The notes below the pieces were generated by a model. It was not told the DNA's origin and ran no database searches. It saw only the letters and a list, made by a program, of their open reading frames with translations. The translations under genes and the position numbers were made by a program. Shown here in pieces: positions 25,925 through 40,742 of a stretch of DNA of 64,000 nt. Source of the stretch: Eledone cirrhosa (lineage: Eukaryota); the NCBI GenBank assembly GCA_964016885.1, contig OZ024748.1, forward strand, positions 12,710,001 through 12,774,000. The letters run 5' to 3'. The stretch's first letter is position 1, and each line of letters begins with the position of its first letter.

Positions 25925-26575
25925 AGAGCTTTAAAATACCCCAAGAAACGCCGTATGGGCTTCGAAATCTTTAAAAATACCACAAGAAACGCCGTATGGG
26001 CTTTGAAAGCTTTAAAAATACCCCAAGAAACGCCATATGGGCTTCGAAATCTTTAAAAATACCCCAAGAAACGCCGTATGGGCTTCGAAATCTTAAAAAA
26101 TACCACAAGAAACGCCGTATGGGCTTCGAAATCTTTAAAAATACCGCAAGAAACGCCGTATCGGCTTCGAAATCTTTAAAAATACCGCAAGAAACGCCGT
26201 ATGGGCTTCGAAATCTTTAAAAATACCGCAAGAAACGCCGTATGGGCTTCGAAATCTTTAAAAATACCGCAAGAAACGCCGTATGGGCTTCGAAATCTTA
26301 AAAAATACCACAAGAAACGCCGTATGGGCTTCGAAATCTTTAAAAATACCGCAAGAAACGCCGTATGGGCTTTGAAAGCTTTAAAAATACCCCAAGAAAC
26401 GCCGTATGGGCTTCGAAATCTTTAAAAATACCACGAGAAAAGCCGTATGGGCTTCGAAATCTTTAAAAATACCGCAAGAAACGCCGTATGGGCTTTGAAA
26501 GCTTTAAAAATACCGCAAGAAACGCCGTATGGGCTTTGAAAGCTTTAAAATACCACGAGAAAAGCCGTATGGATT
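25925..26575. repeat. 41-bp minisatellite, ~16 copies
   Basis: Unit AAAATACCGCAAGAAACGCCGTATGGGCTTCGAAATCTTTA. Confidence 0.95.
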
Positions 26576-26789
26576 TACGGGACAATCCACCCATCAATCG
26601 ATCCATGACAGATTAACACTGCATCAATTATATTCATGGCAGAGTTAAGAAACCATTGACGACTGCTGGTTATCCGAACGTCTTGTGTGGAACACAAAAG
26701 ACTCATGTTCCACCAGTTGCTGGAACCTGAGTAGGATGTCGTGTTAACACACACACATATACGAAGATATCATCACCATTATTAAAACT

Positions 26790-26985
26790 ACAGTCGAACA
26801 TTCCTGACAACGTCACTCCACAATTCACGAGGTTTGTATCGCACGAGAGTTGGTCGATGAATGTTCGAGAAGGTCTTTCTCTCCAGCGTGTCCCGTGAGT
26901 TGGTTATCACAATAGTAACTACTAGTGTATAACATTCTTACTTCTCCAGGGATGTCCTGCAAATAGCAACAATCCTCGAACTATC
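26790..26985 (-). mobile_element. decayed RTE-clade LINE 3' fragment
   Basis: Minus-strand remnants FAGHPWRSK and PTHGTRWRERPSRTFIDQLSCDTNL. Confidence 0.55.
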
Positions 26986-26988
26986 TTA

Positions 26989-27057
<69 letters not shown>

Positions 27058-27113
27058 TTCAAGCCTAGCTGTCGAAACGGCCAGAGCTCAGCCGTCAGCG
27101 TCCTGACTCTTTT

Positions 27114-27155
<42 letters not shown>

Positions 27156-27162
<7 letters not shown>

Positions 27163-27634
27163 CAGATTAAAGTTTAAGCAAAGAATCGCTGCTTTCACCC
27201 TTCACGGGATCTTCTGAAACTAACAAAGTCAATCTGTAAACGCATTTACGTGGTTTTGTCTTTGCGTGCAATTGTTCTCCACGCTCCACATATGACGTAT
27301 TATCTTCGTTTTTTCCGTTCATTACCAGAGGACGTCTCTATGAACCACCTAAGAGAATATTAGTCTACGACTTCTTTTATACCAAAAACGTGGTTCTGTC
27401 ATTGCGCGTAATTGTTTTTCACCGCTCCTATTAATGACGTATTATATTCGTTTTTTCCCGTTCTTTGCCAGGGAACGTTTCCACAAACCAAAGTATCGAC
27501 TTGTTGTCTTCCTCCGGTTGCAACGTTTTTTGAAATATCCACTTCTGCGTTTACAGATTGACTTTGTTAGTTTCAGAAGATCCCGTTAAGGGTGAAAGCA
27601 GCAATTCTTTGCTTAAACTTTAATCTGTTATTTT
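27156..27634. mobile_element. inverted pair, family C (~89-bp arms around a spacer containing a ~140-bp-period direct repeat)
   Basis: 27156-27244 is the reverse complement of 27546-27634. Other copies at 31730-31880, 33806-33867 and 36665-37020. Confidence 0.7.
27569..27619 (+). ncRNA. hammerhead-like motif with variant core CAGAAGA (mirror copy on - strand at 27171-27221)
   Basis: AGUUU-CAGAAGA-U.CCC.GUUAA.GGG.U-GAAA-GCA.GCAAUUCUU.UGC-UU-AAACU. Confidence 0.5.
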
Positions 27635-28241
27635 AATAAATATATATATATTATAAGTATTTGTCAGTTTTGAACAAACGAGTAACAGTGGTTGCTAGAC
27701 ACTACGGCTTAATACGGGATGTTTGTTTACAAACACACCGAGCATTATAATAAATGTTTGGTGAATCCATACGTACATATATATATGTGTGCATGTATGT
27801 ATATATATATACATACTACTGTGCGTCTGTATACATGTATGTATGTACGTATACATATTTATATTTAAGTAACAGCCGTACTAAGAGTGAGAAATGAAAT
27901 TTCGTTTCATTTTTTCCGTTTATATATATATATTATATATATAAATATTGACATATTGGGATAATCTAGCTAGAAATTATCACAGTATTGAGACTAGTTT
28001 CCTATTTGAAATAGTAAGGCAATCTTTGGACAATGTGGCTGAGTATTCCACCAGGATTGTCACGGTTATTTACCATAGTAACTGTAAGCAACTATGTGTT
28101 CTTCTATGCATCGTCTATAGTAAAATACATTAGTAAAATACATCTATATTAGTATTACGTAATCGATTTTTGTTAATGTCAGTTCGCAAGAAGTAATATG
28201 ACGTCGAGTCCTAAAATTGAATTGCATCCTTATATACCGAA

Positions 28242-28329
<88 letters not shown>

Positions 28330-28331
28330 TA

Positions 28332-28459
<128 letters not shown>

Positions 28460-28518
28460 GACATATACATATACATACATACGCACACACATTATATATA
28501 TATATATGTATAAATATT

Positions 28519-28585
<67 letters not shown>

Positions 28586-29052
28586 ATGAAGAGAGTGAGT
28601 TATAGGGAAAGTTTGGAAAGCTAAGGAAATCCCCTTTTCACAGAGAGAGAAAGAGGGAGCGGACACAGAAGGAGAGAGAGAGAGAGATGAGGGGGGGAGG
28701 GGGAGGAAGAGAGAGAGAGAGAAAGAGAGAGCTCCACGGTAAATTTGTATTAATAAAATCTAAAGCAACAATATTAATAATGACAATAACAATAGCAGCG
28801 ATGAAATTTACATCAGAAACAACTAATATAACATTAATAACGGGAACAATTGTTAAACAAACAATAGAAGGAGGTGAAGGAGGAGGAGGAGGAGAAGAAG
28901 AGGGGGGAGGGGATAGGTGTGGGGAAGAGGAAGAAGAACAACAACGACGAGAACAAGACAGAAGAAAAAAGAAGAAAAAAGAAGAAAAAAGAAGAAAAAA
29001 GATGAAAAAAGAAGATGGAGACGATGAAGAAGATGATGTTTATGATGAAGAA

Positions 29053-29087
<35 letters not shown>

Positions 29088-29356
29088 AGAAGAAGAAGAA
29101 GAAGAAGAAGAAGAAGAAGAAGAAGGGGATAAAGAAAAGGGCGAGGAACGCTGTGAATTAATAAGTAAAAACTGAATAAAAAACTAATTTTTATTTTACT
29201 TTCAAATAAACCATTGTTGTTAATATATTTCCATCTTGTATCACTCAACACCCCCCCCCCCCCCCTCCTACGATCCCAACCCACTGGATACCCCATTATA
29301 CACCATGCATATACCACACTATATATACTACATCTTTATAGAAAAACGTATATATG

Positions 29357-29435
<79 letters not shown>

Positions 29436-29490
29436 CACGTATATATATGTATGTAAATATATGTAGATATATGTATGTATATTTCTATAT

Positions 29491-29564
<74 letters not shown>

Positions 29565-29733
29565 GCACGTATATGCATACATACATACATACATATATAT
29601 ACACGATATATATATACAAATCTAAATATACATACATATATATATATATATACATATAAATATATATATGTATATGTATTTCTACACACACACATATATA
29701 TATGCACCATATATACACATATATAAATATACA

Positions 29734-29769
<36 letters not shown>

Positions 29770-29881
29770 CATACATACACATATATATATACATACATAC
29801 ATATATATATACATATACACCATATATACACATATGTAAATATACATATATGTATATGTGTATATATATATATATATAAAC

Positions 29882-29988
<107 letters not shown>

Positions 29989-30027
29989 CACACATCATAT
30001 ATACATATATATATATACCATAAATAC

Positions 30028-30103
<76 letters not shown>

Positions 30104-30808
30104 GAGTATATATATATATATATATATATATATACCAAAGTTATATATTTAAGGGAGTATTGTCCGTGTTCCGAACACGTTATCAAAATTCGTGGTTGAA
30201 CGATATTAAAATTCCACTGACAGGTAATTTTCTTTGCATTATTAACGTGTCATACAATAACATGCTTACTCTCTCTCTCCCTCATTCTCTCTCTCTACTC
30301 TCACACTCTCTCTCTCTCTCTCTCTCTTCCCCTTTTTCTCCTCTTCTCTCTCTCTCTTTTGCCCCCTTTCTTTCTTACCCCCTCCCATTCATATCCACTG
30401 TTGTTGTTTGTGCCCTGTTGCTTAGATTAATTTACAGTAACACCAACACAAGTACCCCCCCCGCATACCCCCCATACACACATACATACACACATACACC
30501 CCCCCCACACACACACCTCGAAATATATATATAGATAAACCCATGCGTGCACACATAAACATACACACGTGCGCACAAATACATATACACCCGTGTACAT
30601 AGAAACACACAGTTACATAAAAAAGACACGCATAAACATACGGACACATATATATATAGAGACACATACAAGAGCATGTTTATTCATAAGTGCATATACA
30701 TACCATATTTAATCTCCTGTAATGCACCTTCCATGCACATAAGTATATATATAAATATATATAATGTCAACTATATACACACACATCTATATGTATATAA
30801 TTCATTAA

Positions 30809-30858
<50 letters not shown>

Positions 30859-30927
30859 ATATATACTATAGATATATATAAACATATACTATATATATAT
30901 ATATATATATATAAATATATGTATATA

Positions 30928-31004
<77 letters not shown>

Positions 31005-31212
31005 AATATATATAATATATATACGCATACTTACATTTATACAGAGTCCAAAACATACGTATATGCATTTATATAATACTTTATAAAAAAAACAACTAGA
31101 AATGCATTTTCATGCAACAAAACTACCAGAGTGCACGATGAAAAGGGTTTATTCGTACATAACTTCGTATAATATATGCAATAGTTGAATAACAAACATT
31201 TCATAATAAATG

Positions 31213-31244
<32 letters not shown>

Positions 31245-31247
<3 letters not shown>

Positions 31248-31412
31248 TGAGATTCTACAGGACTAGAACTGTTTCATTCTTTAGAATGCTGATTTCTAAA
31301 GAATGAAACAGTTCTAGTCCTGTAGAATCTCATCTATATTAAAACTTTTATACTCTGCTATGTATTGAGTACCTTACTTACTGTGGTTACCTCCGATTCA
31401 ACCAGGAATAAC
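31245..31412. mobile_element. fold-back pair, family B, both hammerhead cores truncated at the centre
   Basis: Matches 5626-5818 in the opposite orientation. Confidence 0.7.
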
Positions 31413-31415
31413 TTA

Positions 31416-31457
<42 letters not shown>

Positions 31458-31566
31458 AAAGGAACGATCGACTTTCGTCAAATCGGACCGAGGAACAATG
31501 TTTCCGTTGGTCTTTCCAATTGCTAATACTATCTATCGTTATATATATATATATATATATATATAT

Positions 31567-31888
31567 AACGAAGGAAATGTGGTAAGGAACCAGATGGACT
31601 ATAACGCACCAAAGTCCTCAATACTTAGGGTAGTAGAGTGGGTAATAGGAAGGAGTAGGACCCCGACGGCTGAGCTCAAGCCGTTTCGACGGCTAATTAT
31701 ATATATAATAATAATAGTAATAATAATAAATTTGAAGACTAAAATCCAAAGATGGCTCGATAAGGTTAAATATATCTTAAATATATAAGAACCGTAGAGC
31801 AAATATTTATTAAAATAACAGATAAAAGTTTAAGCAAAGAATCGGTGCTTTCACCCTTAACAGGAACTTCTAAAACTAATATATATAT

Positions 31889-31985
<97 letters not shown>

Positions 31986-32168
31986 AAGGAAAAGAGTCAG
32001 AATCCCGACGGCTGAGTTCCGGCCGTTTCGACAGCTAGGTCTGAACTCGAACGGCCGGAGCTCAGCCGTCGGGGTCCTGACTCTTTTCCTATTACCCACT
32101 CTACTACCCAGTATCGAGTACTCTGGTGCGTTATGGTCCACCTGGTTCCTTACCAAACTTCCTTCGTT
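31567..32168. mobile_element. cluster of family A (31567-31698, 31987-32168) and family C (31730-31880) copies
   Basis: Sequence identity to the copies above, separated by (TA)n. Confidence 0.65.
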
Positions 32169-32254
32169 GTATATCTGTATATATATATATATATATAGAC
32201 GTACGTACATACATACACACTGAAAAAAAGTCTAAAGTGTATCTCGAGCTCAGA

Positions 32255-32492
32255 GGCTAGTCAGGGTGATGTTTATCTTGGTTTCCGTGGCGTGAAGCGA
32301 GTGAGTGTACAAGACTACCCACTGGATAGGATGCCAGACGATCACAGGATTAAATGCCCAATCATTGCTGGCACTTATATTCAAGTAGAGCAACGTGAAA
32401 CGAAGGGTTTTGCTGAAGAACACAATACACATCCTGGTCCAGGAATCGAATCCTCGACATTATGAGCGTAAATGCTTACCACTAGGCCACGC
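32255..32492 (-). mobile_element. decayed tRNA-derived SINE (second family)
   Basis: CCAGGAATCGAA..ACCACTAGGCCACGC head, and a body similar to 22940-23056. Confidence 0.6.
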
Positions 32493-32566
32493 ACAACCTC
32501 CTCCCCTTCTTCCCTCTCCTCCTCCTGCTCCTCCTCCTCTTCCTTCACACACACACATCCTCCTCC

Positions 32567-32617
<51 letters not shown>

Positions 32618-32934
32618 GTTAATCATATTCAAATTGAAATCTAGCAGTTATGTAGACCGCCTCTCCTAAAACCAAAATTCCAGAGACGCCATTAGAACAC
32701 CCTCCCCCGCACATATCCACACACATCCACACACATGCACCCACACATATATTGTTTATATGATGTTATCATGTATTATTGCCAATGGGATATGACAATA
32801 TATTTTGACATGCTAAATGGAATCAGTACATGTATTTTAATCAAAATATTAAAAATTTTGACAAGCTATTTTGTCATATTTAAGCTAGTTTTTTCTTTCA
32901 CACCATAAGTTACGGTATATTTTCTATGAACAAC

Positions 32935-33020
32935 AACCCTGCAAGGTGGAGTGGATGTTCCAGCGCATCACCCTCGCCGTCCTCTGTGGCAACGTATTCT
33001 CCATCCTGCCGTACGGGGGA
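32935..33020 (+). mobile_element. CRE-like non-LTR retrotransposon C-terminal remnant
   Basis: EWMFQRITLAVLCGNVFSIL resembles the QRLSxAxxRGNA motif. Confidence 0.45.
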
Positions 33021-33526
33021 GGGCCTGAGGTGGAGGGTAGGTTAGTTGAAGTTAGAGGAGACTCGTTCGGGCATCACTTTCTCCTTATTTCTTCAAAAGT
33101 CACCATGTCCAATGAAACTTTAAAGCGAAAAACCGGAACGTTCCCGGTCTTATCACTTTAAAGTCCCCCATACTCTGAAGAAGGGATTTTTAAGTCCCGA
33201 AATATTAGGACGAGAATAAAAAATGGATAATAATAAATAACTCAAGCTATACTTTCATTTCAACGTTATATATAAGATGTAGAAAACTGCGGTTAATTGT
33301 TTAGGGTGCAACTATATTCATGAACGAAAAGTTGTGAATTTGATTCTTGCAACGAACGGCACATATTACCCTTGAACAAGGCACTTGAATTACATTGTTC
33401 CAACTCACACTGTTAGAAACAAAAAATAAGTTGCAGCGACGCTGGTACGAAGCTGTATTGGCCTTCACATCTCTTGGTTGGTGGTTATTTTCCTAAAATG
33501 ACTTTCCCTAGACTTGTGCAACGAGC

Positions 33527-33574
<48 letters not shown>

Positions 33575-33905
33575 GAGGGGGAGAGAGAGAGAGAGAAAAA
33601 AAAGAAACCCGCTGTATGTATGTGTGTGTTTTGAACAATGAAAATAAGACAAAAGGTGAAGAAAGGTTCTTAATTAGTTTATAGTTTTACGAACGTTTCA
33701 GAGGGTTCATTGATCATGATAAAATGATATATTGATTAATAGAGAATGGTTATATCACTACCTATAACACGTTCGATACCCCCCCCCCCCATATATATAT
33801 ATATTAAAATAACAGATTAAAGTTTAAGCAAATAATTGCTGCTTTCACCCTTAACGGGAACTTCTGGATTTTATTCTTTGGATTTTAATTTTCCCATCTA
33901 TCATT

Positions 33906-33962
<57 letters not shown>

Positions 33963-33982
33963 CAAAGTTGGAATTCCTTTTA

Positions 33983-34013
<31 letters not shown>

Positions 34014-34149
34014 GGAAAACGAAGAATCAGTGATGCATCGGAACACAAATTTATTACGTATTACAAATGTTTCTCCGATGAACAGCTCCGAAGGACCATA
34101 GAGTGCTCAATCCGCATACCACCTATGGATGTATCCAAGCAACCTTACA

Positions 34150-34414
34150 ACAAATATATATTTATTTGGTTCCTTTACCAGTTTCGCAGTTCGTGTGTTT
34201 TTCAAAAGTAGAATTGAGATGGAGGGTTTGTGGGACAATAACCACAGACCCTCCATCTCAACTCTACTTTTGAAAAGCACAAGAACTGCGAAACCGGTAA
34301 AGGAACCAAATAAATATATATTAAAAAAAAAAGACTCCAGTTGCATTTTCGATATCACCTTTTTTCCTTATACTTTCATCTCGTTATTTTTTCATTTTGT
34401 AAAAAAAACCTCAC

Positions 34415-34420
<6 letters not shown>
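34150..34420. mobile_element. fold-back pair, family D
   Basis: Same sequence as 35536-35890. Confidence 0.7.
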
Positions 34421-34455
<35 letters not shown>

Positions 34456-34491
34456 CATACATACACACAGATATATATACATACATATATT

Positions 34492-34553
<62 letters not shown>

Positions 34554-34557
<4 letters not shown>

Positions 34558-34700
34558 GCTTCTACTTTAGGCACAAGGCCAGCAAATTACCCAGTGCATT
34601 ACTGGTACTTTATTTTATCGACCCCGTAAGGATGAAAGGCAAAGTCAACCTCGGCGGGATTTGAACTCAGATCGTAAAGGGACGTAACTATGCTGGAATA
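34554..34700 (-). mobile_element. SINE-A, 5'-truncated
   Basis: Match to the 339-531 element. Confidence 0.85.
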
Positions 34701-34750
34701 TATATATATAATATATATATATATACGTATACATATATAATATATATACG

Positions 34751-34791
<41 letters not shown>

Positions 34792-34806
34792 ATATATATA
34801 TATAAA

Positions 34807-34922
<116 letters not shown>

Positions 34923-35231
34923 CACATATATACATATACATATACATATATATATAACCCTTATACGCACACACGTACTCACCGACATATGTGTGTCATT
35001 TGAACAGTGAGGAAGAAGCTACGCAGTAGAGGTCAGTAAGCTAAACAGAATGTAATGAAGAGAACAGTCCTTTTGTACAAGATCAATTGGAAGATTATTT
35101 TTGAAGAAGCAGATTCTGTTTCAACTTTAACTCTGCCTTGCCAAAATAACTTCTTTCAGAGAAATCAACAAAGTAATATTAGACATACTTCCACCCTTCT
35201 CCATCCTTCTCCCTCTCAGACAATAACTAGT

Positions 35232-35333
<102 letters not shown>

Positions 35334-35486
35334 CACACACACACACACACACACTCACACACACACATGCACACACACACAGACACACACAGACACACAC
35401 AGACACACACAGACACACACAGACACACACAGACACACACAGACACACACAGACACACACACACACACTCACAAAACAAGTATATG

Positions 35487-35528
<42 letters not shown>

Positions 35529-35535
35529 TATTAGA

Positions 35536-35886
35536 AAGTGAGGTTTTTTTTACAAAATGAAAAATAACCGAGGTGTCCTAAACGAGTGAAAGTATAAAGA
35601 AAAAGAGATGCAATCGAAAATGAAACTGTAATCTTATTTTTTTTTAAAAATATATATATTTATTTGGTTCCTTTACCGGTTTCGCAGTTCTTCTGCTTTT
35701 CAAAAGGTGAGTTGAGATGGAGGGTCTGTGGTTTTTCTCACTCAGATGTGAGAAAAACCACAGACCCTCCATCTCAACTCACCTTTTGAAAAGCAGAAGA
35801 ACTGCGAAACCGGTAAAGGAACCAAATAAATATATATATTTAAAAAAAAAATAAGACTTCAGTTGCATTTTCGATTTCATCTCTTT

Positions 35887-35890
<4 letters not shown>
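35536..35890. mobile_element. fold-back pair, family D (putative Penelope-like terminus)
   Basis: ~140-bp inverted arms centred at ~35744 with (TA)n on both sides. Third copy at 36311-36592. Confidence 0.7.
35782..35819 (+). ncRNA. minimal hammerhead motif, U3-A8 core variant (mirror copy on - strand at 35670-35707)
   Basis: CCUU-UUGAAAA-GCAG.AAGAA.CUGC-GAAA-CCGG-UA-AAGG. Confidence 0.65.
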
Positions 35891-35924
<34 letters not shown>

Positions 35925-36115
35925 TGAAGTTTCCGTTGAAAATTGAAAAAGTCATAGGAGTGAAGAGTGCTCTATGTAAGTACCAGAGCAAAATTTAATG
36001 TATAAAAAACAATACAATATAATTACCTCATTACCAGAGGTTTCCCGAATAAGACGAATATATATATAGAAAGGCTTCTACAGGACTAGAACTGTTTCAT
36101 TCGAGAGAAATCATC

Positions 36116-36176
36116 AGAAAGGCTTCCTGATGATTTCTCCCTAATGAAACAGTTCTAGTCCTGTAGAAGCCTTTCT
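36116..36176 (+). ncRNA. type I hammerhead motif (family B variant)
   Basis: AGAAAGGCUUC-CUGAUGA-...-GAAA-CAG.UUCUAGUC.CUG-UA-GAAGCCUUUCU: 11-bp stem I with a different sequence from the 5762 copy. Confidence 0.7.
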
Positions 36177-36258
36177 ATATTAAATATTTATACTCTGGTT
36201 TGTATTGAGTACCTTACTTACTGTGGTTACTTACCCCCGATTGAACCCAGTATAAACT

Positions 36259-36309
<51 letters not shown>

Positions 36310-36589
36310 CTAAGTGAGGTTTTTTTTACAAAATGAAAAATAACCGAGGTGTCCTACACGAGTGAAAGATAAAGAAAAAAAGATGAAATCGAAAATGCAA
36401 CTGGAGTCTTATTTAAAAAAAAAAAAAGATATTTATTTGGCTCCAGATGTGAGAAAAACCACAGACCCTCCATCTCAACTCTACTTTTGAAAAGCAGAAG
36501 AACTGCGAAACCGGTAAAGGAACCAAATAAATATATATATTTAAAAAAAAAATAAGACTCCAGCTGCATTTTCGATTTCATCTTTTTTT

Positions 36590-36664
<75 letters not shown>

Positions 36665-36667
<3 letters not shown>

Positions 36668-37020
36668 GGATGTAGTTGACGGCCGGGAGAACTGAGTACT
36701 TAATATCGAAGTTGAGCTTAAATAACAGACCGTGTTAGAAGCAGGCGAAACCCCAGAGTAAACAAACTCCTTATTTAGCTTTAATAAAAAGAATATATAT
36801 ATACAAATATAGTAATAATAATTGTGAAGGCTAAAATCCAAAGAGGGCTCGATAAGGATAAATATATATCAAATATATAAGAACCCTAGAGCAAATATTT
36901 ATTAAAATAAACAGATTAAAGTTTAAGCAAAGAATCGCTGCTTCCACCCTTAACGGGATCGTCTGAAGTTAAGGGTGAAAGCACCGATTCTTTGCTTAAA
37001 CTTAAATCTGTTATTTTAAT
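36665..37020. mobile_element. fold-back pair, family C, long arm
   Basis: Centre at ~36965. Short arm ends CTGTTATTTTAAT. Confidence 0.65.
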
Positions 37021-37165
37021 AAATATATATACAAATACACACACACACAGACGCACATACACACACACACACACGCACATAAACACACACACACACACGC
37101 ACATAAACACAAACTGAAAAGGCATGCTGAACACACCAGCCGAAACGATAAAAATAATAAAAAAT

Positions 37166-37398
37166 AATTGTTTCTACCTTTGGCACAAGGCCAGCAATTA
37201 CCCAGTACATTACTGGTACTTTAATCTGTAATAAGGCAAAGTTAACCTTGGCGGGATTAACTTTGCCTTTTATCCTTATAATAATAATTGTTTCTACTTT
37301 TGGCACAAGGCCAGCAATTACCCCAGTGCATTACTGGTACTTTATTTTATCGACCCCGTAAGGATGAAAGGCAAAGATAACCTCCGCGGGATTTGAAA
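37166..37398 (-). mobile_element. rearranged SINE-A fragments
   Basis: Two tails plus an internal inversion GGCAAAGTTAA..TTAACTTTGCC. Confidence 0.75.
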
Positions 37399-37531
37399 TA
37401 ATAATAATAATAATAAACAATAAAGACGTTTTCATTCGTACATCCATATTTATTTTGTTATACGTATTTCAAAGACGTAAGGCAGTTGTATAACAAATGC
37501 CCTATGTGTTCTCTTCAGACAAAAATCCAAA

Positions 37532-37596
<65 letters not shown>

Positions 37597-38647
37597 AAAA
37601 ATACATACATTGTTTCTGAAGACGGCGGGTAGTGAAGACGTATGTATTTTTCTTACTATGATATTTTGTAATAATTTAGATAGATCAATAATTGAATGGA
37701 CATACGGGGAATTAGCCCCAGAAACGATCGTAAAATAATGAGTTTTACTATGAATTAACCGTTTTATGTTTAATTTCATTGTTTTAATATTTCTCTCTCT
37801 CTCTATATATATATATATAAATATTATATATATATATTTATATATCTATTTATATGTATATATATATATCTGTGTGTGTGTGTGTATGTTTTTGTGCGTG
37901 TGTGTGTGTATGTCTGTGTATGTGTGTGTGTGTGTGTGCGTGAATCTATACACCGGTAGAGTTCTTCAGGATTACAGGGAACAGTAGATTTGTGTTTTCT
38001 TGTTGCTGATGATGGTAGTGGAGTGTGTATATGATGTATATAATGTATGTACGAGGAATTTAGTATCCGTAAATGTGTAAATGTGTATATACATATACGT
38101 GAATTACTGATGAGTCTGTGTATGTGTGTGTGTGTGTGTGTGTGGATGTTGTGGATGTTGTGGATAGTTTAGTGTTTATGATAGAAGATAGTATTGTTGT
38201 TCACGATGGTGATGGTTGTGGTGGTGATGGTGATGGTTATGGTGGTGGTGGTGATAGTGGCCGCGGTGGTGGTGATAGTGGCGGTGGTGGTGGGTTGTAA
38301 TAGTGAGAGATGTAAGGGAGAGGAATAGGTAGATAATGAGAAAAAAACAGTGGAGGAAAGATATATAGAGAGAGATAGGTGGTAAGAGAAAGAGTGAGCC
38401 AGTGAGAGAGAGAAGAGAGAGAGAGAGAGAGCGGGAGTGAGTGAGTAAGAGAGAGGGTGGTAAGAGAGATTGAGAGAGACATAGAGGAGGGTAGTAAGAG
38501 AGAGGGTGGTAACGGAGAGTATATGTATAGAGAGAGTGGTAAACGATAGAGAAAGAGTGCTAAGAGAAGGAGAGGTTGGTAAGAGAAAGAGATAGAGAGC
38601 GAGAGAGCGAGAGAGCGAGAGAACGAGAGAGCGAGAGAGATAGAGAT

Positions 38648-38684
<37 letters not shown>

Positions 38685-38685
38685 A

Positions 38686-38740
<55 letters not shown>

Positions 38741-38990
38741 AGCTTGCCTGCGCTAGTAAACCGAGTCATTGGCCTCTCGTTCTCCAATAGGACCGCCGGG
38801 CTAATTACCCATAATTATCTTCACCGGAAGCGGTAGAATGACAGGAAGCATGGCCACCATTGCGAGTCTTACATAGACTAGCAAAGGGGGCGCTCGCTTC
38901 TACTGGATTAGAAAGAAGTGTGGATGATAAAATGAAAAAAAAAAGGAAAAAAGGAATAAAAATGGAAAAAAAATATATCGACACACAGTA

Positions 38991-39075
<85 letters not shown>

Positions 39076-39346
39076 GGCGTACATGCACACACGAAATGCA
39101 ATACATAGATACGCTACACATATACATACATACATACATACACATATACACGCATATACATATACGTATATACTTGTGTATATATGTATACACACACACA
39201 CATATAGATATATGCATATATATATATATGTGTGTGTGCACACACACATATAGATATATGTATATATCTATATATATATATATATGTATATGTATATAAA
39301 TATATATGTATACGCACACACACAGCACACACACACACACACACAG

Positions 39347-39408
<62 letters not shown>

Positions 39409-39428
39409 GTATATATCTATCTATATAC

Positions 39429-39513
<85 letters not shown>

Positions 39514-39739
39514 CGTATATAACATGAGAAGGGAGAGATAGAATGACTGAGAGAGAAGTCATACTATAAGAATGGTCATGATGATGATGATGATGGTTAT
39601 AAAATTATAAAGATTGTATTAAACATTAATATTAATATAAGTATGTATAATAATGAAAAAATAAATACTATATATACTGTATATATAGATTAGATGTATG
39701 TCTATGTGCGTTTGTGTCTGTATATTTGTCACTATATAT

Positions 39740-39862
39740 CTACTTTTGGCACAAGGCCAGCAATTACCCAGTACATTACTGGCACTTTATTTTACGGGAT
39801 CGATGAAATAAAGTACCAGTAATGTACTGGGTAATTGTTGGCCTTGTGCCAACAGTAGAAAC

Positions 39863-39865
<3 letters not shown>
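39740..39865. mobile_element. head-to-head pair of 5'-truncated SINE-A tails
   Basis: CTACTTTTGGCACAAGGCC...GGCCTTGTGCCAACAGTAG. Confidence 0.8.
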
Positions 39866-39957
<92 letters not shown>

Positions 39958-39961
<4 letters not shown>

Positions 39962-40333
39962 AACCAGTAAGACCCCGACAGCTGAGCTCGAGCCGTTTCG
40001 ACGGCTAATTTTGGAATAAATTAGCCGTCGAAACGGCTTGAGTTCAGCTGTCGGCGTCTTACTGGTTCCTATTACCCACTCTACTACATCAAGTATTGAG
40101 TACTTTGGTGCGTTATGGTCCACCTGGTTCCTTACCACATTTCCTTCGTTATATATATATATATATATACGTTATTCCGGGTTGAATCGGAGGTAACCAC
40201 AGTAAGTAAGGTACTCAATACATAGCAGTGTATAAAAGTTTTAATATAGATGAGATTCTACAGGACTAGAACTGTTTCATTCATTAGAAATCATCAATGA
40301 ATGAAACAGTTCTAGTCCTGTAGAATCTCATCT
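39958..40333. mobile_element. adjacent fold-back pairs of family A (39958-40150) and family B (40170-40333)
   Basis: Each is bounded by (TA)n. Confidence 0.7.
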
Positions 40334-40337
40334 ATAT

Positions 40338-40371
<34 letters not shown>

Positions 40372-40621
40372 CGTGGCTATACACGCATGTGTATATTATT
40401 GTTGGAAATAATCATTTTATCTATTATATTTATCTAAGCTTCATGGTGTATAGATTATTCTACAGATAGATATAATTCCTATAAATGCTGTCACTCAACG
40501 CGGTAGAAACCCGTGAAATCACACCCAGAAAAATATTCACCCGGAGAACACTTTGTTTAGCATGAAATATATAAACACACACACACACGCACGCACGCAC
40601 ACACACACGCACACACACACG

Positions 40622-40742
<121 letters not shown>

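Noticed and set aside
25925-26575. CRISPR-like appearance of the 41-bp array, and ORFs 25996-26425
   Set aside because: The units are contiguous with no unique spacers, there are no cas genes, and the context is eukaryotic.
28687-29175. Acidic E/K-rich 162-aa ORF
   Set aside because: Built from (GA)n, (GGA)n and (GAA)n repeats, with no splice or domain evidence.
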